From: an uncultured Polaribacter sp.
Lineage (GTDB): Bacteria > Bacteroidota > Bacteroidia > Flavobacteriales > Flavobacteriaceae
Direction of reading: 5' to 3'
Length of the DNA: 64,000 bases
NCBI GenBank assembly: GCA_943787375.1
Contig: CALSME010000004.1
Coordinates: forward strand, 88,016 to 152,015
Numbering within the stretch: the stretch's first letter is position 1; each line of letters opens with the position of its first letter. Positions 10,301 to 17,757 of this stretch are shown one piece after another. The notes beneath the pieces were generated by a model, which ran no database searches, was not told the origin of the DNA, and saw nothing but the letters and a program-made list of their open reading frames with translations. Made by a program: the position numbers and the translations under genes.

Positions 10301-10547
10301 AATTACTAGAAACCCAGAAGTGACCGTAAATCAACGTTTGGGACTCGCTAGTAGATACATTCGATCTCGTTTTGGCGAGCAAACGGATACAGAGAAAACA
10401 CTCATGAATCAATTTAAAGAAACATTTAAAAAAACGGTCTCTAAAACAAACTCTTTTTTTAAGGAGGACTGGTTCGCCTATATGGCTTCTATAGAAAAAA
10501 TAGAAATCTCTCCTTTTAAGGACTTCAAAATTTTTACTACAAATTAA
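7377..10547 (+). CDS. Secreted VPS10/sortilin-like BNR-repeat beta-propeller protein
   Basis: Signal peptide; RNIGPGGMSGRV; many SxDxGxTW Asp-box repeats. Confidence 0.88.
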   Translation: MKKLLTLLFLCTASLSFSQEFSMDMVKNMKPRNIGPGGMSGRVTAIDVVESNPEIMYVGTASGGIWKSTSGGIKWAPIFENEITASIGAIAIQQSNPSVLWAGTGEGNPRNSLNGGFGIYKSLDAGKTWKSMGLEKTRHIHRVLIHPTNPDIVYVGAIGSPWGEHKERGVYKTIDGGKTWKQILFTNNKSGAADLIMDPTNPNKIIAAMWEHKRDPWFFKSGGEGSGLYITHDGGENWKKITEKEGLPKGELGRIGVAIAPNNPEVIYALIEAKKNALYKSEDGGFKWKKINDKPGIGNRPFYYSEIYVDPQNENKLYTVFTYINVSKDGGKSFKQLMPAYGVDNGVHPDHHAWWIHPTNGKFMIDGNDGGLNITKDGGKTWRFIGNIPVAQFYHINVDNEFPYNVYGGMQDNGSWRGPAYVWKSQGIRNSYWQEISFGDGFDVVPDKEDARYGWTMSQQGSVSRYDYLTGNNYGVKPTHKDAAVKLRFNWNAAINIDPFDSSTLYFGSQFVHKSTDKGLTWNTISPDLSTNDPEKLKQAESGGLTMDATGAENHCTILVIEPTVVEKDVLWAATDDGQVHITKNGGKSWTNVAKNIKGLPKNSWITQIKASNKNKGEALLIANDYRRFNYTPYAYRTKNYGKSWTRIVDENDVQSYTLCIVEDPENENLLFLGTDDGLYISINAGKKWTKWTAGFPTVPVKDLVIQEREHDLVIGTFGRAAWVLDDIRPLRALANGNITKEKLVLFSPPTAYQAAYQQPTGSRFGADAIYQGENRKRGAIISYYINKPVEEKKKVSKDNKKEIRHDSIKLEIFDGSKKIRTLQFKTPKESGIHKTIWYLREKGVARASRKISKSKREPAGVAVKPGIYHLKMTFGTAVSEQDITVSFDPRLEISQDAIHQKYDASKELEGYQAKIAAMVKQLVESKNTATTLKVKLEKEDAKKYKSEITTSKEIIKKVDGLIAMYLGTIDKRQGITRNPEVTVNQRLGLASRYIRSRFGEQTDTEKTLMNQFKETFKKTVSKTNSFFKEDWFAYMASIEKIEISPFKDFKIFTTN

Positions 10548-10556
10548 AGTTTATCT

Positions 10557-11234
10557 ATGAAAAAAGTCATTTTATTATGTTGTTTGAGCTTGCTTTTCAC
10601 AAAAGTGCAGGCACAAGAATCTCCAGAAAACAAATTAGGTGCATGGTTTATGTACAACGGTTCGCATAAAGTATCCAATCAATTCTCACTAAAAACGATG
10701 GCACACTATCGTTATTTTGAAACAACGAGTGAATTTCAACAATCGATCTACCGATTGGGTTTAAATTATACGGCAAATAAAAACTTTAATTTCACATTTG
10801 GAATTAGTCCCGTAAAAACAGATACACAATATCAAGAACCTTCGGAATTTGCTACAGAGTTTAGATTGTATGAAGACATCAATTGGAATACTAATTTAAC
10901 AAAATTAAAAATAAGACATCGTTTTCGATTCGAACATCGTTTTATAGAATTTCAAGGTGAAAAATCTACTGAAAACTGGGTTCGTTATGATTTAAATGCC
11001 ACCTATCCACTTTCAAAAACTTGGAGTATTTATGCTTTCAATGAAATTTTTATTAATTTTAAAGGAGAAACCATTCCTCAAAATTGGACAGGTGGTGGAT
11101 TACTATATACACTTAATTCTCATTTGAAATTGAAGGCAGGATATTTCAATCAACAATTTAAGAACAGAGCTTTTGACAGGCTTCAATTAGGCATCCTTTT
11201 AAATACTGATTTTAGAAAAAAAGCCATTCAATAA
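10557..11234 (+). CDS. DUF2490-like outer-membrane beta-barrel protein
   Basis: Signal peptide; HRFRFEHRF and FNEIFIN motifs; alternating beta-strand pattern. Confidence 0.8.
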   Translation: MKKVILLCCLSLLFTKVQAQESPENKLGAWFMYNGSHKVSNQFSLKTMAHYRYFETTSEFQQSIYRLGLNYTANKNFNFTFGISPVKTDTQYQEPSEFATEFRLYEDINWNTNLTKLKIRHRFRFEHRFIEFQGEKSTENWVRYDLNATYPLSKTWSIYAFNEIFINFKGETIPQNWTGGGLLYTLNSHLKLKAGYFNQQFKNRAFDRLQLGILLNTDFRKKAIQ

Positions 11235-11245
11235 AAATTTAGAAA

Positions 11246-12553
11246 ATGACAGCACCCACTTTTACAAATGACGCAATCGTGTTTGGAATTTTAATGGTTT
11301 CATTAGGTTTCGTTTTTTATACTGAAAATTTAAAAACCGGCTTTTGGGCAAAATTCTATAAAATTGTACCTGGGTTATTTATGGCCTATTTCATCCCTGC
11401 AATATTTACAACGTTTGGTTTGATTTCTCCAGAATGGGAAACAACGAATGCAATGGGAGAAAATGTAGCAATAAAATCTCAACTGTACTATGTCTCTAGT
11501 CGGTTCTTACTCCCAGCTGCATTGGTTTTAATGACTTTAAGCATCGATTTAAAAGCCATTTTTAACTTGGGATCTAAAGCTTTGATTATGTTTTTTACAG
11601 GTACCGTTGGTATTATAATTGGTGGTCCCTTAGCCATTTTGTTGATTGCTGTTTTTTCACCAGAAACTGTTGGAGCGGAAGGTTTTGACGCTGTATGGCG
11701 TGGACTTTCTACCTTGGCAGGAAGTTGGATTGGTGGGGGTGCCAACCAAACGGCCATGTTCGAAATCTACCAATACAATCCGTCCAAATATGGCGGAATG
11801 GTCATTGTAGATATTGTCGTGGCAAATGTATGGATGGCTATTTTATTGGTTGGAATTGGTAAAAAAGATAAGATTAATAAATGGCTAAAAGCAGATACTT
11901 CTGCCATTGAGAAACTAAAAGAAAAAGTCATTGAATTTACGGAAAAAGTAAAAAGAAACCCGTCATTAGCGGACATTATGATTATGTTGGCAATTGCATT
12001 TGGAACGGTTGGTTTTGGGCATTTTTCATCAAAATACCTCAGCCTCTTTTTTACAAACATTGTAGGTTCAATGGATTCACAGACTGGGAGGAATATTTTT
12101 TCTTTCCTAGGATCTAGCTTCTTTTGGTTGATTAGTATTTCTACAATTATCGCCATTATTTTATCCTATACAAAGGCAAAAAATTATGAAGGTGCTGGCG
12201 CGAGTAAGTTAGGTAGTGTCTTTATCTATATTTTAGTAGCAACAATTGGTATGAAAATGGATTTAAATCAAGCATTTGAAAACCCAGGTTTAATTGCAAT
12301 TGGTTTTGTATGGATGGGGATTCATGCCGGTTTGCTCATTTTTGTTGCAAAAATGATTCGCGCTCCTTATTTCTTTTTGGCGGTTGGTAGTCAGGCAAAT
12401 GTTGGTGGCGCAGCTTCTGCTCCTATTGTAGCGCAAGCGTTTCATCCATCATTGGCCACTGTTGGCGTTTTATTGGCAGTATTTGGGTATGCAATTGGTA
12501 CTGTTGGTGCTATTTTATGTACCATTTTAATGGAATTATCAGCACCCATTTAA
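11246..12553 (+). CDS. DUF819-family multi-pass membrane protein (putative transporter)
   Basis: About 11 TM helices; GSWIGGGAN and SQANVGGAASAP motifs. Confidence 0.85.
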   Translation: MTAPTFTNDAIVFGILMVSLGFVFYTENLKTGFWAKFYKIVPGLFMAYFIPAIFTTFGLISPEWETTNAMGENVAIKSQLYYVSSRFLLPAALVLMTLSIDLKAIFNLGSKALIMFFTGTVGIIIGGPLAILLIAVFSPETVGAEGFDAVWRGLSTLAGSWIGGGANQTAMFEIYQYNPSKYGGMVIVDIVVANVWMAILLVGIGKKDKINKWLKADTSAIEKLKEKVIEFTEKVKRNPSLADIMIMLAIAFGTVGFGHFSSKYLSLFFTNIVGSMDSQTGRNIFSFLGSSFFWLISISTIIAIILSYTKAKNYEGAGASKLGSVFIYILVATIGMKMDLNQAFENPGLIAIGFVWMGIHAGLLIFVAKMIRAPYFFLAVGSQANVGGAASAPIVAQAFHPSLATVGVLLAVFGYAIGTVGAILCTILMELSAPI

Positions 12554-12593
12554 ATAAAATTCAGCATATTTGCATTCGAAAAACACAGATAAA

Positions 12594-13307
12594 ATGAAGA
12601 AAATTATTACAGGGATTGTATTTGCTATTTTAATCGTTGCTTGCGCTACTGAGAAAAATGGAAACATGGTTGTTCAAGGTAAAATTGAAGGTCTTAAAAA
12701 AGGAACTTTATACCTACAAAAAATGAAAGATACTGTATTGATTTCTGTTGACTCTGTTGCTATTCTAGGAGATAACACCTATAGACTTGTAGACAATATT
12801 GATGCACCAGAATTATTTTTCTTAACTTTTAAAGGATCAAATGCTAAAGAAAGAATTTTGTTTTTTGGAGAAGAAGGTGTGATTACAATTAATGATAAGA
12901 TTGAAAAATTTGGTTTAAGTCCAGAGATTAGCGGTTCTAAAAACCAAGTTGTTTTAGACAAATTTAATAAAGTAAACAGACGCTTTGTGAACCAGCGTTT
13001 GGATTTCATTCAAAAAGATTTTGAAGCAAAAAAATCTGGAGACAAAGCAGTCATGAAAAAGTTAGATGACGACTATAATAATTTGACAAGACGTAGGGTT
13101 TTATTTGTTGCCAATTATGCGATTTCAAATGCTGATTTTGAAGCAGCTCCTTATATTGGACTTACCGAACTCTACAATGCAAGCACTCAAATGTTAGATA
13201 CCGTTAATAATTCTTTTTCTGATAAAATAAAAAATTCAGTATATGGAAAGCGCTTTAATGAATATGTAACAAACATTAAGAAAAATGAATCGGTAGTAAA
13301 GCAATAA
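12594..13307 (+). CDS. DUF4369-domain lipoprotein
   Basis: Lipobox IVAC; VQGKIEGLKKGTLYLQ; ATG 12594 preferred. Confidence 0.75.
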   Translation: MKKIITGIVFAILIVACATEKNGNMVVQGKIEGLKKGTLYLQKMKDTVLISVDSVAILGDNTYRLVDNIDAPELFFLTFKGSNAKERILFFGEEGVITINDKIEKFGLSPEISGSKNQVVLDKFNKVNRRFVNQRLDFIQKDFEAKKSGDKAVMKKLDDDYNNLTRRRVLFVANYAISNADFEAAPYIGLTELYNASTQMLDTVNNSFSDKIKNSVYGKRFNEYVTNIKKNESVVKQ

Positions 13308-13348
13308 CAAGGGTATTATATTACTTCCAAAATACTAAAAAAGCAAAT

Positions 13349-14635
13349 TTAATTTCGAATGGCAATCGCTTCGGAAATTAAATTTGCTTTTTCATTGGTT
13401 GCTTCAGCAGATAGTGTGGTTCCAATTAAATTACTATTCTCATAAGGATCCTGCACTAAGTTGTACAATTCCTCATCTCCATTGTCATACTTCATTAATT
13501 TATAGGTTACATTTCGAATTGCATATCCATCTACTATTTCAGTATACACAAACGATCTACCATCATTAGTAGCAGAAGTTAATTGTGGGTAAAAACTTTT
13601 GCTATTGTGAATTTCTGATACAGAAACTCCTGTAATATTTGCTATTGTAGCAAACAAGTCAGTCGTATGAATCAAAGCATCTTCTCTTTCTCCAAGTCGC
13701 CTTACATCAACTCCTGAAACGATCATCGGAACATTTACACCTCCTTGATATAAAGTCCCTTTTACAGTCAATCTAGAATAAGGGTTTTGCGCAACCTTAC
13801 CTGGCGTTCCATTATCGCCAATAAAAATAATAACAGTATTGGCCCTTTCTTCGGAAGACAAATTACTTAAAAAACGACCTAACTCAGTATCCATTGCTTC
13901 AATTGCTGACATATAATATGGTATTGGATTGGCATTAATTGAAGCTTCATCGGTTGGCAAATTCCCTTGAGAATGCAAATCGGTTGGCGCTAAATGAAAA
14001 GGTGTATGCGGTGCATTGTAAGCCATCCAAAGAAACCAGGGCTTGGTTTGGTCGTCTACCCAATCAATTGCAGTATCTGTCAATTTAGTGGTGGTATAGG
14101 TTGTTGAATTCGAAGCGATTCCATTTTCATTGAAATTCCAATTGAAATAATCTCCCACCCCTCCATTTACAATTCCTGCAAAATAATCGATTCCCATGGT
14201 TATTGGGTCTGTTGCTCTGTTAGACAAATGCCATTTGCCAATAATGGCCGTAGCATAATCATTATTTGTGTTCGAATTAATATAAGACTGCAAAGAAGTT
14301 TCAGCCGTAGAAATTGGATCTCCAACGTCTATCACATTTGTATTGATCCCATATTTACCCGTTAAAATTGAAGCCCTTGTAGGGGTACATACTGGGTATG
14401 ACCAGAAATTATCAAACGTTATCCCTGAATTCATAAGAGATTGCAGTGTTGGCATATTGGGCTTGATCGTTCCTTCTGAAAAATTCGGCGTCGCATCTTT
14501 CCCCATGTCATCTGCAATGACAAGCAATATGTTTGGTTTTCTAACCTCGACACCACCTGAATCTATTGGGGTTTCTAAAGGTGAACTACAACTCAAACAA
14601 AAAAGAGAAAATAAAAATAATGAATACTGTTTCAT
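13349..14635 (-). CDS. Sulfatase (lipoprotein)
   Basis: KPNILLVIADDMG, CTPTR (CxPxR formylglycine motif), GKWHL, GDNG; lipobox-like LSC. Confidence 0.92.
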   Translation of the reverse strand: MKQYSLFLFSLFCLSCSSPLETPIDSGGVEVRKPNILLVIADDMGKDATPNFSEGTIKPNMPTLQSLMNSGITFDNFWSYPVCTPTRASILTGKYGINTNVIDVGDPISTAETSLQSYINSNTNNDYATAIIGKWHLSNRATDPITMGIDYFAGIVNGGVGDYFNWNFNENGIASNSTTYTTTKLTDTAIDWVDDQTKPWFLWMAYNAPHTPFHLAPTDLHSQGNLPTDEASINANPIPYYMSAIEAMDTELGRFLSNLSSEERANTVIIFIGDNGTPGKVAQNPYSRLTVKGTLYQGGVNVPMIVSGVDVRRLGEREDALIHTTDLFATIANITGVSVSEIHNSKSFYPQLTSATNDGRSFVYTEIVDGYAIRNVTYKLMKYDNGDEELYNLVQDPYENSNLIGTTLSAEATNEKANLISEAIAIRN

Positions 14636-14747
14636 ATATTATGAGGTTTGAATTTAAACGAAGTATACAATAAAAAGTTTAATTTTGAAAAAATGTAACA
14701 TAAATATAGATACAAACGTCTTATAAAGCACAATACACAGCGAAGAA

Positions 14748-15428
14748 ATGAGAAAATATTCCTACCTACTATTATTACTGGTAACATTGACGAACTGTAC
14801 CTCTCAAAAAAACTCCGATGACTTTATAAGAGAAACTACTGGGCGGTATTTATTTAATGTCAATGAAGTTTTAGAAGTTTATTTTAAAGAGAAAGTCTTG
14901 TATGTAAAATGGAGAGGAAACGAACGTATTTCTCCACTAAAAGTAAATGACAGTTCTTTTTATATGAAAGAATTGAATGAGAAAATAGTTTTTGTAAGTC
15001 TTCCAAAAACACATATTGAATTAGCGCCAAAAAGGGAACATAAAAACGTTAAGTATCATTTTAAAAAGATGAATTCGGGTGAGAAAACACCTAATGAGTA
15101 TTTAGCTTTAAACGATTTTAACAATGCCTTAAAAGCGTTTATAGCAATCCAAAAAAAGGACTCTTTAAATCCCGTAATCCGAGAACGCCAATTAAATAAA
15201 TTGGGCTATGCCCATCTCAATCAAAAAGAAATTGACATAGCCATCGAAGTCTTCAAAATAAATACGGTACTGTATCCTAAAAGCTCAAATACTTTTGACA
15301 GTTTAGCGGATGCATTTTTAAAGAAAGGGGATACTGTAAATGCGATTGATCATCTCAAAAAAGCATTGGCAATTAATCCTGAAAACCGAGGGTCAAAAAA
15401 TACCTTAAAAAAAATCACTCAAAAATAA
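14748..15428 (+). CDS. TPR-containing lipoprotein
   Basis: Lipobox LTNC; C-terminal LNKLGY...YPKSSNTFDSLADAF...KALAINPEN TPR pattern. Confidence 0.8.
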   Translation: MRKYSYLLLLLVTLTNCTSQKNSDDFIRETTGRYLFNVNEVLEVYFKEKVLYVKWRGNERISPLKVNDSSFYMKELNEKIVFVSLPKTHIELAPKREHKNVKYHFKKMNSGEKTPNEYLALNDFNNALKAFIAIQKKDSLNPVIRERQLNKLGYAHLNQKEIDIAIEVFKINTVLYPKSSNTFDSLADAFLKKGDTVNAIDHLKKALAINPENRGSKNTLKKITQK

Positions 15429-15573
15429 ATGGGCTTAGAAAACTTACAATACCCGATTGGTCGAGCTTCAATTCCAAAAAAATAGAACAAAAAGACCTTA
15501 CGAATTGGATTAGTATTGTCAGCATCATTTTGCACACATAGAACAGCTTTTAATTCGTAAGAACTGGGTCTAG
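15429..15573 (+). pseudogene. yfiT: Remnant of a YfiT/DinB-family (bacillithiol transferase-like) gene
   Basis: Start MGLENLQYPIGR, then frameshifted IEQKDLTNWISI, joined directly to terminal CQHHFAHIEQLLIRKNWV-stop; the middle is missing. Confidence 0.7.
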
Positions 15574-15690
15574 TTCATAAACCAAAAAAGCACAGAACTA
15601 GAATCAAAAAAAATCTAATCCTACTTTTCATCCCTTCTTTAGTTTTTTTTCTAAAAAATATCAATATCTTTAAAAATATAATTTAAAGGA

Positions 15691-16158
15691 ATGAAAACAG
15701 CAAAACAATGGTTTGACGAGTATGCCGTAAGCCACCAAAATGAAACCAACCAAAAGGTACACTATATCTGTGTTCCTTTAATTTTCTTTAGTGTTTTTGG
15801 CTTATTAATGAGCATTCCAACTACTTTTCTAGAAAATACATTTCACATATACAATCCGATTGTAGAAAACTGGGGACTTGTTTTTGGACTGTTGGTTTCT
15901 CTTTTTTACCTCAGGTTGGGCTTTTGGTATTTCATAGAGATGCTCTTTATAATGCTATTAGCGATTGTTGGTAATTTTTGGTTAGGGAACAATGTCAATT
16001 TATTATACACTTCCATCATCATTTTTGTTTTGGCGTGGATTGGTCAATTTTGGGGACATAAAGTAGAAGGTTTAAAACCTTCCTTTGCCAAAGATTTACA
16101 GTTTCTGTTGATTGGACCACTTTGGGTGATTCAGAAATTAGGAAAGAAAAAAAAATAA
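15691..16158 (+). CDS. DUF962/Mpo1-like membrane protein
   Basis: YAVSHQNETNQKVHYICVP; QFWGHKVEGLKPSF. Confidence 0.85.
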   Translation: MKTAKQWFDEYAVSHQNETNQKVHYICVPLIFFSVFGLLMSIPTTFLENTFHIYNPIVENWGLVFGLLVSLFYLRLGFWYFIEMLFIMLLAIVGNFWLGNNVNLLYTSIIIFVLAWIGQFWGHKVEGLKPSFAKDLQFLLIGPLWVIQKLGKKKK

Positions 16159-16224
16159 TCCCTCCGAATAAAATCCTTACTCCTCTTGTAACTTAAAAAG
16201 AACAAGCACCTTAAAAATAATTCT

Positions 16225-16563
16225 ATGAAACCAGAAATAAATTTTGAAGACTTTTTAAAAGTAGATCTTCGTGTTGGTACCATTATCGAAGTCAACGATT
16301 TCCCAAAAGCGAGAAAACCGGCATATCAATTAAAAATAGATTTTGGAGAATTGGGTATCAAAAAATCGAGTGCACAAATCACCGATTTGTACACCAAAGA
16401 AGCATTGCTAAACAAACAGGTTTCTGCAATTTTAAATTTCAAACCAAGGCAAATTGCAAATTTCATGAGTGAATGCTTGGTTTTGGGAATTTACAACACC
16501 CATGGGGAAGTTGTCTTATTACAAGCTAGTAAACCTGTTAAAAACGGCGAGCAAATTAATTAA
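16225..16563 (+). CDS. csaA: CsaA-like tRNA-binding/chaperone protein
   Basis: DFLKVDLRVGTI, ARKPAYQLKIDFGELGIKKSSAQIT, NFKPRQIANFMSECLVLG. Confidence 0.88.
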   Translation: MKPEINFEDFLKVDLRVGTIIEVNDFPKARKPAYQLKIDFGELGIKKSSAQITDLYTKEALLNKQVSAILNFKPRQIANFMSECLVLGIYNTHGEVVLLQASKPVKNGEQIN

Positions 16564-16706
16564 TTTTTAGGAATGTTTAAAATAACCAAAGCGGCTATGA
16601 CCCCGGGAATCTATCCGCAAAGGGTTAACAAAAAAATAATTACAAAAGAACCACATCCTTTATCTATGACTGAAAATGGAGATAGTAAAACTCTAAAAAA
16701 ATTAAT
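16560..16706 (-). pseudogene. YqaE/Pmp3-family small membrane protein pseudogene
   Basis: Minus strand reads INFFRVLLSPFSVIDKGCGSFVIIFLLTLCG*IPGVIAALVILNIPKN*; TAG at 16613-16611 where the GWIPG Trp is expected; no ATG. Confidence 0.72.
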
Positions 16707-16811
16707 ACAGTAATTTTAATAGCTAATCAAAAGACCTAATTTTAACTATTTTGTTATAAAAAAATATTGTAAGTTTGATTAGAAATGTTCATGTAGATTT
16801 AAAATACTTTT

Positions 16812-17639
16812 ATGAAGCTATCTCTAAACAGGCCTATTTCTTTTCTGAAAAATGCAAAAAAAAGATTTCAAATTTCTTTATTATTTTCCTTATATATTTA
16901 TGTTTTTCTATATATTTTTACTCCCTTTGAGATTAGAACCATTACAAGTAATATAATAATTTATCTATTTGGTTTTTTTTTAATCACATTTGCAGTTCTT
17001 TTTCTTTCATTTTTCTTACTACCAAAAATATGTAAGGAATGGTTTACAAAATGGACGCTAAAAAAATTACTTTTTTTTAGTTTGGTTAATTTTTTTATTA
17101 TTTCTATTCTGAATTGGATCTATCACGACAAGATGCTTTCCGAATTTTCAGAAAGCACTTCATGGATTACTTTCTTTTTCAGAACGTTATCTGTAGGTAT
17201 TATCCCTTTTATTTTTTTAATGATTTATATAAAAAACATCAAATCATTAAAAATGATAAGTAAAACTATTTTAAAAAAAAGAGGCAAAAAAGTAATTTTT
17301 TTATCTCTCAATAAAAAAGAGAGCTTTGCCCTTCTATTAAGTCAACTCTTAGCCATAAAATCGGAAGGGAATTATGTGAAAATTTATTTTATTGAAAAAG
17401 AACTACTTTCGCAAAAGCTTATTCACAACTCACTTACCAATATTGAAAAGCAATTCAAGAAGGAAGTATTAATAGTTCGTTGCCATCGTTCTTTTATTGT
17501 AAATTGTTATCATGGCTACATAATAAAAGGAAATAAAAGGAATTATAATTTATATCTCAAAAACTTAACTTTTTCAATTCCTGTTTCAAGAAGTTTTCCA
17601 AAAGAGACATTAGAAAAACTACTTTTCCAAAAAGAATAA
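16812..17639 (+). CDS. Membrane-anchored LytTR-family transcriptional regulator
   Basis: Four TM helices, then IKSEGNYVKI...VRCHRSFIVN...IPVSRS LytTR motifs. Confidence 0.88.
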   Translation: MKLSLNRPISFLKNAKKRFQISLLFSLYIYVFLYIFTPFEIRTITSNIIIYLFGFFLITFAVLFLSFFLLPKICKEWFTKWTLKKLLFFSLVNFFIISILNWIYHDKMLSEFSESTSWITFFFRTLSVGIIPFIFLMIYIKNIKSLKMISKTILKKRGKKVIFLSLNKKESFALLLSQLLAIKSEGNYVKIYFIEKELLSQKLIHNSLTNIEKQFKKEVLIVRCHRSFIVNCYHGYIIKGNKRNYNLYLKNLTFSIPVSRSFPKETLEKLLFQKE

Positions 17640-17757
17640 TTATATTTTTTTCTACTCCCGTACAAATAAAAAACAGCCTATTTAAATAATAATTTTATTT
17701 CATATTTACAAAACATTTAAGTTTGCTTATCATTTATGCAGTCTTAAATCAAAAAAA

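Noticed and set aside
16611-16613. In-frame TAG as stop-codon recoding
   Set aside because: The same ORF also lacks ATG and appears to have a deletion; TAG ends normal genes in the window, so decay is the simpler explanation
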